DNA of 64,000 nt from Candidatus Bathyarchaeota archaeon (GTDB taxonomy: Archaea; Thermoproteota; Bathyarchaeia; 40CM-2-53-6), in the NCBI GenBank assembly GCA_963835925.1, contig CAWIHH010000004.1, positions 282,111-346,110 of the forward strand. Direction: 5' to 3'. The notes below the pieces were generated by a model. The model was not told where the DNA came from. It searched no databases and was given only the letters and a program-made list of their open reading frames with translations. How positions within the stretch are numbered: the stretch's first letter is position 1; every line of letters begins with the position of its first letter. Made by a program: the position numbers and the translations under genes. Positions 1 through 11,124 of the stretch are shown here, one piece after another.

Positions 1-1679
1 TTGCCAAGATTCAATATCATTTCCACTTTGTACGGCAGGGGATATTGTTCAGGCGTCGCGATCACGTTGTATAGCAATAGGGATGTCTTGTAAGCAAGAG
101 GGTACATATCCGAAAGATCTGCCACTTGCGGAGGATACGCGATCGGTTTACTGTACCGTGCGCTTGACTGCCCGAAACCGGGTTGTATCACTCCGTCAGC
201 TGGATCGGGAGTGAGATTAGGCACTCCACTGAACGAAGATGAGGGCATCAAAGCCTTGAGTCCACCCGGAACATCCATGCTGCCTAGGAGACAGTTCACC
301 ATGTACATAGCAAGCCTGACATCAAGTCCACCGAGGTGGACCTCTGCGCCCTTACCGGTCGTGACAGAAGCTGGCCTGTTTGGAAAGGTGACTCCGTTGA
401 TTGTGATTGTGCTTCCTATCTGAGCTGCGTTCACGAGTTCGTTCGTTATCCTCCTGATCGTAGCTGCTGGTACTGTGGTAATGTTGGAAGCCCACTCCGG
501 TGTGTAATCCTTGACTTGAGCCTTCAAGAGTTGAAAAGCGGGTTGACATGTCACGCCATCAACGATGTATGTGCCGTCAAGCGCATAGTCCTTGATCGTC
601 TTATCGTCGAAGGACTTGGCTTTTTGGTCAATTGGATCCCATACGTATGGCTTCCCAAGCTTTTGATTTAATCGAGCAGGATCTGCGACGAGCGGATCCT
701 TACCCCTAACGTAAAGCCCGTCAGGGCCGATCAGATAAGGACCGTTAGTTCTCTTCTTGATGAAGCCGACATCATAGGTGTTAAGCTCATAGAGCATCAT
801 GTACGTGATGCCTAGCAAAAAGGCCGCATCAGTGCTAGGTCTAATGGGGATCCATTCGTCAGCCTTCCTACCGGAAGGAGCCAGTACAGGATCGACACTT
901 ACGATCTTGCAGCCTCTCGCAGGGCCTAGAGTGCCACATTGGAGTGCGGCATCCCTTTGTTTGCCGGGCATCCCGTTTCCAACCATGACGGCGTACATGG
1001 CGTGGTCCATGTCAGTATCCGAAACGAAGCATCCATGGAACCAAGAACTAGTGGTGTGAAGCGTGCAGCCACTGCAGAATATGCCACCGCCTGAGGCGGG
1101 GATTCCAATACTAGGAGTGCCGAATAATAAGGCGAACCCTCTAGAAAGAGTGATGTGGTCCATGCATCGGTGAGATGGACCCACTATGACGAATTTTCGT
1201 GGGTCGTCTTGGCGAATCTTGGTTAGTCGATCAGCCACTGTGTTGATGGCTTCGTCCCAGCTGATTTCAACCCACTTCGGGTCGACCCCTCTGCCCTTCT
1301 CCGGGTTTGTTCTCTTCACCGGATTCTTCACACGATAAGCATTGTATAGCTGCATAATCCCTGCGTTCGACCTGCCACATATCCTACCTAAACTGTCAGG
1401 ACTCGTTGGATCCCCTTCGATCTTCACAGCGACTCCGTTCACCACATGGACGTGTACTGCACAGTTCGCATCGCACATGTAACAACTCGTAGGGATCCAT
1501 TCATCTTGGACAGTCTGGGTTTGCTGGGCAAACCCCTTTTCAATCAGAGAGGTCAGCTGATTGCCGATAGTCAGCTCACCGAGCGTGGCTACCGAGGCGA
1601 TGGTTCCCGATAGTTTTAGAAAGTCTCGTCTTGAAAGTGAATTGTTCTTCTCTGAACTTTTCCTAGTAGTTTCACTCAT
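1..1679 (-). CDS. Tat-secreted molybdopterin oxidoreductase catalytic subunit (DMSO reductase superfamily), 5' part; 3' end lies beyond the window edge
   Basis: Minus-strand translation from the ATG at 1679 gives MSETTRKSSEKNNSLSRRDFLKLSGTIASVATLG, a twin-arginine signal (SRRDFLK). It continues ...EWIPTSCYMCDANCAVHVHVVNGVAVKIEGDP, a Cx2Cx3C Fe-S motif typical of molybdopterin oxidoreductase N-termini. I checked the frame as open from about 1679 to about 600 and it appears to run off the window. The gene is absent from the ORF track, probably because it has no stop codon inside the window. Confidence 0.6.
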   Translation of the reverse strand, partial: MSETTRKSSEKNNSLSRRDFLKLSGTIASVATLGELTIGNQLTSLIEKGFAQQTQTVQDEWIPTSCYMCDANCAVHVHVVNGVAVKIEGDPTSPDSLGRICGRSNAGIMQLYNAYRVKNPVKRTNPEKGRGVDPKWVEISWDEAINTVADRLTKIRQDDPRKFVIVGPSHRCMDHITLSRGFALLFGTPSIGIPASGGGIFCSGCTLHTTSSWFHGCFVSDTDMDHAMYAVMVGNGMPGKQRDAALQCGTLGPARGCKIVSVDPVLAPSGRKADEWIPIRPSTDAAFLLGITYMMLYELNTYDVGFIKKRTNGPYLIGPDGLYVRGKDPLVADPARLNQKLGKPYVWDPIDQKAKSFDDKTIKDYALDGTYIVDGVTCQPAFQLLKAQVKDYTPEWASNITTVPAATIRRITNELVNAAQIGSTITINGVTFPNRPASVTTGKGAEVHLGGLDVRLAMYMVNCLLGSMDVPGGLKALMPSSSFSGVPNLTPDPADGVIQPGFGQSSARYSKPIAYPPQVADLSDMYPLAYKTSLLLYNVIATPEQYPLPYKVEMILNLG

Positions 1680-1918
1680 TACGGTTTCTTGTTTCAACAT
1701 TTTACCTTTCAATCCTATATTCATAATTTTGCGTTACAATCAGAATCCGAATTGTAGCGTAACTGGAACTGTTCGGGGGTAAGGATATAGAAGATTCGAA
1801 AGAATAGTATGAGCTACGTACTGTTTAGTGGGTTAAGTATCGACATGGCCAGTCTGTCATATCGCTCGGTAAATACCCGGTCAACCTACACGTACTTGGC
1901 CGAGTTCCTCTCAAATTC

Positions 1919-2320
1919 CTAATTCAGCCCCGCTTCAGGAGTAGAAATCATTCCAGCGCGCGTGGTAGTCACTCTGCTAGACTGAGATACTTGTTTCGAT
2001 CCTGTTGGCTCCCAAACTCGTGAGGTTGGTTCAGTTTCAGTTTCTTGTTGCAGCCCCGTCCGGGTCGTGTGGTCGATGACTCTGAATCTCTTTTCTAATT
2101 CCATGAGTCGTTTGTGTTGTCCGAAAAGAATTGACATTAGGAGCTGGATTTCCTTCACAGGCGAAGCCATTGATCCTCCGTATGACGCGTACAATCTGCA
2201 TTGATTTAGAAGATCATCGAACACTTCCTTGTCCTCCGCCCTAAGAAATTCACGAAACCTCTTCAATTTCCCAAGCTCGTCTTCGACAACCATACGCCAG
2301 GACGGCATAGTTCGCCCCAT
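1919..2320 (-). CDS. hypothetical protein (133 aa) upstream of and co-oriented with the molybdoenzyme gene
   Basis: ORF track entry with a plausible coding sequence and no recognisable motifs. A role as a helical chaperone-like protein is speculation. Confidence 0.3.
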   Translation of the reverse strand: MGRTMPSWRMVVEDELGKLKRFREFLRAEDKEVFDDLLNQCRLYASYGGSMASPVKEIQLLMSILFGQHKRLMELEKRFRVIDHTTRTGLQQETETEPTSRVWEPTGSKQVSQSSRVTTTRAGMISTPEAGLN

Positions 2321-2870
2321 AATTCAAACCAAAAACAGTCCACATCCAGAGAGCAAGTAAGAGGAGAACGGGCAGGTAATCCTAGAGAGTGTAGAGTCAA
2401 AATATTTGCGTACGCACGACTGACTCTGTTCGGTTTATGGCAGTTCTCTGGAACTGTTCAGCATCAGCGGTTGACTAAAGCGCCCGAGTATCGATAAAGT
2501 TGGGTCAGAATCCCATGCCCATCCCTGAAGCAATTATTCTAAATGCAGGAAAGAGCATGCCCAATTATTTTCCGTTAAGAGACCTCGAGGTTTCGTGCTT
2601 TTCTTCAGACCTTATTCCCAGCTTTTCTTCGGCGGATAGAACGGATTCATGAGCTGGATTCGAGCCTTAATTAGCCTAGGTTCATCAGATTCGAGCGGAA
2701 AGGAAGTTATTCCCTACTTGGGCTTAGCCCTTGATCAATCCGACTTTGATCAAATGATAGTTGGATAGAAGAGAGTTCGCTATGCGAGGGCTAGTTACTA
2801 GAACCCGACAATACTTCCATGGAATCAGATTGAGTGGACGATTCATCCTCAACGATTATAATACGCACCT

Positions 2871-3665
2871 GTGGGCTTTTGCGCCGACCAAAAGTTGACT
2901 TGGCCAAAGAAAACCATCGCGCCAATGATTCTATCCGTGTTTTTATTCCTCGCAGTAGGTCCGAGCGCTTCTTCGACCCGCATGTTGATGTTCGCTCCCA
3001 CGGACAATCCTGGGCAGAGCCCCAACTGGTCTGGCTACGCTGTAATCAGTTCACCCGGCTCTGTGAGCGATGTAGTTGGGTCATGGAAAGTGACCCCCCT
3101 TGCTGGCAATTGCACTTCGGACAGGTATTCGGCGTTCTGGGTTGGCATCGACGGCATGACTAGTAACACGGTTGAGCAGATTGGCTCTGAATCAGACTGC
3201 CAAAACGGTGCCCCCGCATACTATACATGGTATGAGTTCTACCCGCGAGCTGATCACGATCTTTTCGAAGTGAAACCGGGGGATGTCATGTCAGCTGAGG
3301 TGAAGTATCTTGGCGGCAGCAGCTTCTTCGTATCCATAACGGATACAACAACAGGCCGATCGTTTAATGTAACTACGAGAGTGAACGCACAACGCTCCTC
3401 AGCGGAATGGGTAACTGAAGCGCCCGCCACGACAGGTCGCCACGCACGTACAAATATTCTTCCTTTGGCGAACTTTGGCACGGTGCCGTGGAAAGGATGC
3501 TATGCGACCTTGAATGGCACGACTGGTTCAGCAGGCTCATTCGGATCATTAGCGCAGCGGATAACAATGGTCGGCCGAGATTCGCGCATCACTGAAGCAC
3601 AGCCCTCAACACTCTCACAGGACGGAACCAGCTTCACCGTGCAGTGGACAGGTCACAACGAATAA
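2871..3665 (+). CDS. secreted glutamic peptidase, G1 (eqolisin/Peptidase_A4) family
   Basis: N-terminal signal/TM segment (MILSVFLFLAVGPSASS). Motifs NWSGYAV, SAFWVGIDG...VEQIG, YYTWYEFYP and SAEWVTE correspond to the eqolisin catalytic Gln/Glu regions. Confidence 0.65.
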   Translation: MGFCADQKLTWPKKTIAPMILSVFLFLAVGPSASSTRMLMFAPTDNPGQSPNWSGYAVISSPGSVSDVVGSWKVTPLAGNCTSDRYSAFWVGIDGMTSNTVEQIGSESDCQNGAPAYYTWYEFYPRADHDLFEVKPGDVMSAEVKYLGGSSFFVSITDTTTGRSFNVTTRVNAQRSSAEWVTEAPATTGRHARTNILPLANFGTVPWKGCYATLNGTTGSAGSFGSLAQRITMVGRDSRITEAQPSTLSQDGTSFTVQWTGHNE

Positions 3666-3984
3666 TAGAAATCCACTCTAACACAATCAATACCATCCAA
3701 CCAGCCGCACAGCCAGTGAAACATTCGCTTCCGCACTTCAGGAATTGCTGCTTCCACACAGTTATGCGATGCCGGCGAACGAGTGTTGGCTGAAGTCTTA
3801 ATTTCGCATCCACGTTGAAGTTAGCGCTTAGTTACTGGGGGGAGGTGAATCTCGAACCAAATAAAAGGGCGAGGCTAACCTGAAATGGAAGTAGCCCCAC
3901 TTGATGAATGTCTAACATGGGTACGTTCGTTTTACCAAAGTTCAATACCTTCCAGATTGAAATGTCTCGCAAGAGGGAGCACGG

Positions 3985-5191
3985 GTGGATTTCGACTTCA
4001 GCCCTGAACATGAACTGTTCCGAAAAACCGTGAGAGAGTTCTGCGACAAGACCCTCGCACCGAATGCTCGCGAGATGGAACGTCGAGCTAGCATGCCCGG
4101 CTCGGTGATTAGTGGACTGGCGAAGATGGGGTTGTTCGGCCTATCGATTCCGACCCAATTGGGCGGATCAGGGGCTGACGCGATCTCCGCAGGCATCGCT
4201 GGAGAGGAAATTGGTAGGGGTGACTTGAGCTGCTCAACTGCGGTACTTGTATCTCGTGCCTGTCGCCTGGAGCCACGTGCTGAACAAGTTTGGTTCTGAG
4301 GAACTCAAGAAGAAGACTTTGCCCGAGGTTGCAGCGGGCAGATATTTCTAGGAATTGGGGCAACCGAACCCGGAGTCGGATCGGACCTGGCGAACATGAG
4401 CACGACCGCGAAACGTGAAGGGGACGAGTACGTGCTGAACGGGGAGAAAATGTACATCAGCGGGATCAGAGAAGCGAAAGAGCAGATGCCGGAAGGCGGT
4501 GGATACCTCGTTCTGGCAAGAACAGGTCCCCCAGCGGAGCACAAGATGTCGTTCTTCCACGTTCCAATCGAGAGCAAAGGAATCTCGACAACACTTGCTC
4601 GAAGAAATGGGTCGACGGGGGATGTCGTCAGGCGGTTTCGTGATGAAAGATGTCCGAATGTCCCGGTTCAGAGAACATCGTTGGCGAAGAGAACAGGGGG
4701 TTCTACTATGCGATGGAGGGCTTTGATTACGCACGAGCGATTATAGCGGCCGTCTGTTGCGGGGCCGCGATGGCTGCTTGGAGGCGGGGATGGACTACAT
4801 CAAGCAGAGGAAAGTCTTCAACCAGCCCATCGGACGGTACGAAGGGATACAGTTCAAACTCGCTGAAGATTATGCTCGAATTGACGCTGTGAGACTTCTC
4901 GCATACCGAGGCCTCTGGCTGTTCGACCGATCGCAACGGGACAGCAAGGTCAACAGGTTTGCGGTTAGCAAGGCAATCGCTGAGGCTAAGATGCTTGCCC
5001 CCGTTGTTGCGTTCGAAGCGATCAACGACGCACTGCAATGGTTCGGGGCGTACGGATACACTCTGGATTGTCCGCTGGAGATGGGCTTACGGGGTGTTCG
5101 TTCCTACATGCTCGCTGAAGGGTCAACAGAAATCATGAAGATCATCGTGGCACGGGAGCTTCTCGGAAAAGAGTTCGTCGCATACAGATAG
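3985..5191 (+). CDS. acyl-CoA dehydrogenase, split over at least 3 frames by frameshifts
   Basis: Three adjacent ORFs (3985-4299, 4396-4746, 4757-5191) carry successive ACAD regions: FDFSPEHELFRKTVREF, IGATEPGVGSDLANMSTTAKREGDEYVLNGEKMYIS, and the C-terminal QFKLAEDYARIDAVRLL...GYTLDCPLEMGLRGVRSYMLAEGSTEIM. Confidence 0.7.
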
Positions 5192-5226
5192 ATGCGCTGC
5201 AGAAACTTGACATGAACTCGGATTAG

Positions 5227-5933
5227 ATGCCTCACGATCATGGCGAGAGTACTCGTTTGAGCATCCTAGTCCTAATGCCTGTCTACCAGGCTGGACGTTA
5301 CCTCGATCAGACCCTATTCAAACTACGTAAGATGGACCCACAACCTGACAGATACATATTCGCCGAGAACAACTCACCTGACCGAACCCTTCAAACTCTG
5401 GCAAAGATTCGCGAACCAAAAGAGATCATCCGCACCGGGTACAGGGCAGACGCCCTCAACCCACTTGAAACCGAATACGACTTGATCGGAATCGAACGCG
5501 AACTACTGCTTACAAGGGCCCGGCAGGCGAACCCCGAATTTCGCAGTGTTCCTCGACTCGGACATCAAGGTCAAGATACGGATCTATTGGATCGATTGAC
5601 ATACTGGAAGGACACTGCGGATATCATTGGAGGTCCATATCTCCGGTACTACGCGGAGGGCGTTTACATCGGATCACTGTGGCCTGCTCCAGCAAACCTA
5701 TCGACCCCACAGAAACCATTCGCCCTCTACAAGAGATCCCGGAAATATCCCTGGACGATTCCGTAGCAGCGATTGGAGGAGGGTGCATGTGCATCTCAAG
5801 AAGAGTATTGCAAGATCGGCGACTCCATTTCTATCCCGTAAAGCGCGATTATCCGTTCACGGTGTCGGAAGATTACGGATTCTGCTTGGACACGAAAGCT
5901 TACGGATATCGGATAGCCTTGAGGCCACGGTAG
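5227..5933 (+). CDS. glycosyltransferase family 2-like protein (frameshifted)
   Basis: N-terminal ILVLMPVYQAGRYLDQTL and a later piece GGGCMCISRRVL...SEDYGFC have a GT2-like layout. The two halves are in different frames (5227-5766 and 5679-5933). Confidence 0.45.
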
Positions 5934-6378
5934 CGCTAAGTCATTGGTTTTCTCCAGATCACGTAAAGGAGCACAAAGCATGGGCAGTGAACAAAGACCG
6001 TAAGCCCAAGCCTTTTGCATATTCCACAACGTTACCAAGACTCAGATGACTGGAACTGGCGAAGTATTGAGCATCGAGACCATTGAATGAGAATTGACCT
6101 GTCGCTGTCAAGGAAGCTTAAGTCAAATTATGCCTTAGCTGAGCCAATGTTAGAATCATTGAAACGATTGATCTCGGATTTGAGAAAAGTCTTCATCCTG
6201 TCCGCCGCCACTAGCACTATTGCGATTCTGATAGCCTATTTGCTTGACCTCTAGAGACACCCTCGCACTTGTTCAAGCTGCGAACCTCGCGAAGCAACCA
6301 TGAGGCAGCAGTCGATCTATGCGCCAAATTCCCTATCAGTGGGGTACACTATTGCAAACGTGTGGTGAGAGTATCGTG

Positions 6379-7306
6379 CTAGTGGATTCCATACACAGGA
6401 GTCAAGTGCTTGAGGTATCTCTGATCGGTGCCAGTTACGACCGCTTCGTATTCTTTACTAAGTCGCAGGGCGACCGGTCCAGGTTTTCCGTCTCCCACCG
6501 CTTTGCGATCTATGCTAAGTATAGGTGCTACTTCGGCGGCTGTGCCTGTGAAGAATGCTTCATCGCAAGCGTAGAGTTCCGCTCGAGTTATGACTCGTTC
6601 AGCGAGTGGAAGGTTATCGTCTTGGATGAGTTCAATGATCGTTTGGCGGGTAATTCCTTTCAGGATGTCTGATGCTAAACTCGGTGTTGAAATCAGTCCA
6701 TCCTTGACAATGAAGATGTTTTCACCTGTACCTTCGCAAACGTTTCCATCTTTATTGAGGAATAGCGCCTCGTCGAAACCTGCGTCTGATGCCTCGCTCC
6801 TTGCTAGGACTGAATTGATGTAGTGGCCGCATGCCTTCGCCATAGCGGGCACGGCCGGTTCACCTAGACGACGCCACGTAGAGACACAGATATGGAGTCC
6901 CGCTTTCCCAGGGTCGAAATACTTCTGAAATGGGTAGGCGATGATACTCACCGACATGGGCACATTTCTTGCGTCGAGACTAATTCCGCCTAGGCCTCTG
7001 AAGGCGATAGGTCTAATGTATAGCGAGGAATGGAAATCATTCTTCTTGATCAGCTACAGGACAGCGTCGCACATTTCGTCTTTGCTGTATGGCAGAGGGA
7101 GCTGTAGATTTTCGCAGAATCCACCATTCGCTGAAGGTGTTCTTGGAGTCTGAAGACGAACACTTCGTCTTTCAGCTGTAGGCGCGGATCCCTTCAAAGA
7201 CTCCGGTGCCATAGTGCAAGCCGTGAGCGAATACGTGCACGGTGGCATTTTCCCATGATACGATTTCGCCGTCCATCCAAACATATTTCGCTGGAGCATT
7301 GAACAT
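6379..7306 (-). CDS. ilvE: branched-chain amino acid aminotransferase (frameshifted near the N-terminus)
   Basis: The N-terminus read from the ATG at 7306 is [29 protein letters not shown]. The C-terminal ORF 6379-6963 carries [18 protein letters not shown]...[10 protein letters not shown]...[18 protein letters not shown]. Confidence 0.75.
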
Positions 7307-7316
7307 ATGAACTCAG

Positions 7317-7931
7317 CTACCTCACAGCATCGATTGCCTGGAACGATTTGAGTTTCTGTTCATATTCACGTATCTCTTCTTCATGTTGTAGAGTCAGCGA
7401 GATATCGTCGAGCCCTTCCAGCAGGCATTTCTTCTTGAACGGGTCGATTTCGAAATGTAGGCTCTCTCCGTCTGGCTTGCGGATTGCTTGCTTTTCAAGA
7501 TTTATTTCCAGTGCGTAGCCGTCTTGGCTGGTTACTTCTGCGAACAGTTGATCCCCCACAGCTTCGTTGAGAATTATTGGTAAGACGCCGTTCTTGAAGC
7601 AGTTGTTGTAGAAAATGTCCGCATATGATGGAGCGATGATCACGCTGAACCCATAGTCCTTGAGCGCCCATACAGCGTGTTCGCGCGAGCTTCCGCTGCC
7701 GAAATTCTGGCGTGCCAATAATATCTTGCCGTCTCGGTAGCGTGGATTGTTCAGGACGAAATCAGTTTTGGGAGTGCCGTCGGGATTGAAGCGCCAATCG
7801 TTGAACAGATACTGGCCCAGTCCAGTTCTTTCTATTAGTTTCAGGAATTGTTTCGGAATCAGTTGGTCCGTGTCAACGTTGACGCGGTCGATTGGTACGA
7901 CGATGCCCTTGAGTTGCTTGAATTTGTCCAT
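7317..7931 (-). CDS. leuD: 3-isopropylmalate dehydratase small subunit
   Basis: Intact 204 aa ORF with typical LeuD sequence ([28 protein letters not shown]). Confidence 0.9.
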   Translation of the reverse strand: MDKFKQLKGIVVPIDRVNVDTDQLIPKQFLKLIERTGLGQYLFNDWRFNPDGTPKTDFVLNNPRYRDGKILLARQNFGSGSSREHAVWALKDYGFSVIIAPSYADIFYNNCFKNGVLPIILNEAVGDQLFAEVTSQDGYALEINLEKQAIRKPDGESLHFEIDPFKKKCLLEGLDDISLTLQHEEEIREYEQKLKSFQAIDAVR

Positions 7932-7937
7932 GTCTAA

Positions 7938-9353
7938 TCAGTTCTTCCATTCCCAGTCTCGGACGTCAACAAAATGTCCCGCTATGGCAGCTGCGGCCGC
8001 GGTAATTGGGCTGACTAGGTGAGTGCGGCCTCCACGTCCTTGTCTTCCTTCGAAATTGCGGTTTGAGGTGCTTGCGCATCGTTCGCCAGGTGCAAGTATG
8101 TCCTCGTTCATTCCTAGGCACATGCTGCATCCTGACTCTCGCCATTCGAATCCGGCATCTTTGAAAATCCTATCCAGTCCCTGTTTCTCTGCTTGATATT
8201 TGACCATCTGCGATCCGGGAACAACCATGGCTCGCACCCCATCCGCTACCTTTTTGTCCACAACTATATCGGAGGCAGCCACTAGATCGGTGAGCCGCGA
8301 GTTAGTGCACGAGCCAATGAACACTCTGTCGAGTTTGATTGATTGAATTTCTGTCCCGGGCGTTAGGGCCATGTACTCCAAGGCGCGGGCTACTGCTTCT
8401 CGCATGCCTGGCTCCGAAAAGCTGTTCGGGTCTGGAACTTTACCCGTAACGTCGGTGACCATTGCGGGGGTTGTTCCCCAGGTGACCTGGGGTTTCATTT
8501 TGCTGGCATCAAAGCGAACACTCCGGTCGAAGTTGGCGTCGGGGTCAGTGGTGAGTCCTTGCCAGTATTTTTCGGCCTCTTTCAGATGTTCACCTTTAGG
8601 AGCGTACCTCCGTCCGCGAACATAACTGAGTGTTGTTTCATCAGGTGCGATTAGGCCGGCGCGTGCTCCCGCCTCGATTGACATGTTGCATATTGTCATA
8701 CGCTCCTCCATTGACAGCGAGGATATCGCATTTCCTCGATACTCTATTACTGATCCAGTTCCGCCCGCTGCACCAATCTGACCGATTATGGTGAGTATGA
8801 TGTCTTTGGCAGTTACTCCATATGAGGGAATCCCGTCGACTCGTACCTCGAATGATTTTGGTTTGTCAAGCCAAAGACACTGAGTAGCCAATACATGCTC
8901 CACCTCGCTCGTCCCAACTCCCAAAGCCAAAGCGCCGAAAGCTCCATGAGTCGACGTATGGCTGTCGCCGCAGACTATGGTCGTTCCGGGAACGGTGATT
9001 CCAAGTTCTGGGCCAATCACGTGAACTATCCCCTGTTGTGGGCTTCCCAAATCGAAGAGCGTAATGCCGAAATCCGTGCAGTTCTTTCCCAGAGTTTCAA
9101 TTTGTTTCTTTGCAATCGGATCCTGTATGGGCAGCGACCGATCGGTTGTGGGGACATCGTGGTCGACCGTAGCGAAAGTCAGGTCGGGTCGCCGGACCTT
9201 TCTTCCGTTTAAGCGAAGGCCCTCGAAGGCTTGGGGAGAGGTTACTTCATGCACTAGGTGCCTGTCAACCCAAATCAGGCTGGGCCGACCTACTTCCTCA
9301 TGAACGATATGGGATTCCCAGATTTTTTCAAATAGAGTTCGCTGCGCCATCAA
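7938..9353 (-). CDS. leuC: 3-isopropylmalate dehydratase large subunit
   Basis: Intact 471 aa ORF with the aconitase-family Cys cluster ([21 protein letters not shown]). Confidence 0.9.
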   Translation of the reverse strand: MMAQRTLFEKIWESHIVHEEVGRPSLIWVDRHLVHEVTSPQAFEGLRLNGRKVRRPDLTFATVDHDVPTTDRSLPIQDPIAKKQIETLGKNCTDFGITLFDLGSPQQGIVHVIGPELGITVPGTTIVCGDSHTSTHGAFGALALGVGTSEVEHVLATQCLWLDKPKSFEVRVDGIPSYGVTAKDIILTIIGQIGAAGGTGSVIEYRGNAISSLSMEERMTICNMSIEAGARAGLIAPDETTLSYVRGRRYAPKGEHLKEAEKYWQGLTTDPDANFDRSVRFDASKMKPQVTWGTTPAMVTDVTGKVPDPNSFSEPGMREAVARALEYMALTPGTEIQSIKLDRVFIGSCTNSRLTDLVAASDIVVDKKVADGVRAMVVPGSQMVKYQAEKQGLDRIFKDAGFEWRESGCSMCLGMNEDILAPGERCASTSNRNFEGRQGRGGRTHLVSPITAAAAAIAGHFVDVRDWEWKN

Positions 9354-9373
9354 GTTGAACCTTCATGAGTTAT

Positions 9374-11075
9374 TCAGTAGCACACCGCGCCCTCAGACGC
9401 AGAGTGCACCAGTTTAGAGTATTTGGCGAGAGCACCTTTGGAATACTTGGGTTCGGGTTGTTTCCAGTTCTTCAGCCGATTCGCGAGTTCTTCTTTGCTC
9501 TTGTCAACGCTAAGCTCACGGCGGTCAGCGTCTATCGTCACGATCTCTCCGTCTCGTAGGACGGCTATCGGGCCGCCCACTTGAGCTTCCGGGGAAACGT
9601 GGCCCACCATCAAGCCGCGGGTGGCGCCTGAGAAACGTCCGTCGGTCACCAGCGCCACGCTCTCACCTAAGCCTTGACCCATTATGGCCGCCGTGATCGC
9701 CAGCATTTCCCGCATGCCCGGCCCACCCTTGGGCCCTTCGTACCGGATTACAACCACATCCCCAGACTTGATACTTCGGTCCTTCACCTTCGCGAACGCA
9801 TCCTCTTCACTGTCAAAGACACGTGCGGGGCCGCGGTGGACGCGTCTGGCTGTGGCTGAGATTTTCGCTACAGCACCATCTGGTGCAAGGTTTCCTCTCA
9901 ACACTGCGAGACCGCCTTCAGTTGAGAACGGGTTTGCGACATCTCTCACGATGTCCTGTGGGCCTTCTGGGAATCTTATCTCGTCAATGTTCTCTCGGAG
10001 GGTCTTGCCTGTGACCGTGAGAGTGTCTCCATTCAAGAGGCCTTTGCTCAACAACTCCTTCATGATCAGAGGAACTCCGCCGACGCGGTCCAGATCATAC
10101 ATGACATAGCGTCCGCCTGGTCTCAGGTCTGCGAGTTTGGGAGTCCTCCTTCCGACTCGTTCGAAGTCGTCTAGTGTGATCTTAATTCCCACTTCGTACG
10201 CGATGGCGGGCAGATGGAGGAAGGCGTTAGTGGAGCCGCCCATGGCCTGAACGACGGCTATCGCGTTTTCGAACGCCTCGAACGTCAGAATGTCGCTCGG
10301 GCGGATTCCATTCTCAACGAGTCGCATGACGGCCATGCCGCTCAGGTATGATGCTTGGTAGCGGCGATCATCTACTGCAGCGAGGCGAAGCGGTTCCGGG
10401 CAAGCTCAAACCTAGGGCTTCCATTGCTGAAGCCATTGTGTTCGCGGTGTACAATCCGCCACATGATCCTTCACCAGGGCAGGCTGAGCATTCGAGATCG
10501 TTCAATTGCTCCAGCGTCATTTTGCCTGCGGCGTACAAGCCGACGCCTTCAAAGACATCTTGAATTGTTACGTCGCGGCCTTCGAACCTGCCCGGCATGA
10601 TCGTGCCTCCGTACAAGAATACGGATGGGAGGTTGGTTCTTGCTGCAGCCATCGCGGATCCTGGAAGACTCTTGTCGCAGCCAGCAACAGTCACGAGAGC
10701 ATCCAGTCTTTGCGCGATTGCCATTATCTCGATCGAATCAGCGATTGTTTCGCGGCTGACCAATGACGCTTTCATGCCTTCCGTTCCCATCGATACCCCA
10801 TCGCTCACTGCGATGGTGCAAAACTCGAACGGGGTCCCTTTCGCTTCCCTAACGCCCTCTTTCACTCTCTTAGTCAGCCTGTTCAAGTGAAAGTTACATG
10901 GCGTAACTTCATTCCAAGTGCTCGCAACTCCCACGAATGGTTGGTCGAAGTCTTGAGTCGTGTAGCCCATCGCTCGAAGCATGGAGCGGTTCGGGGCGCG
11001 TTCTGGTCCTTCCGTGATATCTTTGCTTCTAAGCCGGCCAATGTTTGTGCGCAGTTCATCACACACTCCTGACAT
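9374..11075 (-). CDS. ilvD: dihydroxy-acid dehydratase, split in two by a frameshift at about 10336-10370
   Basis: ORF 10368-11075 is the N-terminal part ([23 protein letters not shown]). ORF 9374-10336 is the C-terminal part ([16 protein letters not shown]). The two together give about 555 aa. Confidence 0.85.
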
Positions 11076-11124
11076 TATCAGATCTAGCAGATTTCATTGA
11101 GGCCATGTCCATCTCATCAATTGT

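Noticed and set aside
5627-6049. 140 aa ORF and antisense 5796-6038 near the GT2 gene end
   Set aside because: They overlap the GT2 coding frames and have no features. They are probably frameshift by-products.
8371-10109. Plus-strand ORFs (8371-8625, 8895-9212, 9064-9303, 9684-10109) inside leuC and ilvD
   Set aside because: They are antisense to strongly conserved genes and have no motifs. They are spurious.
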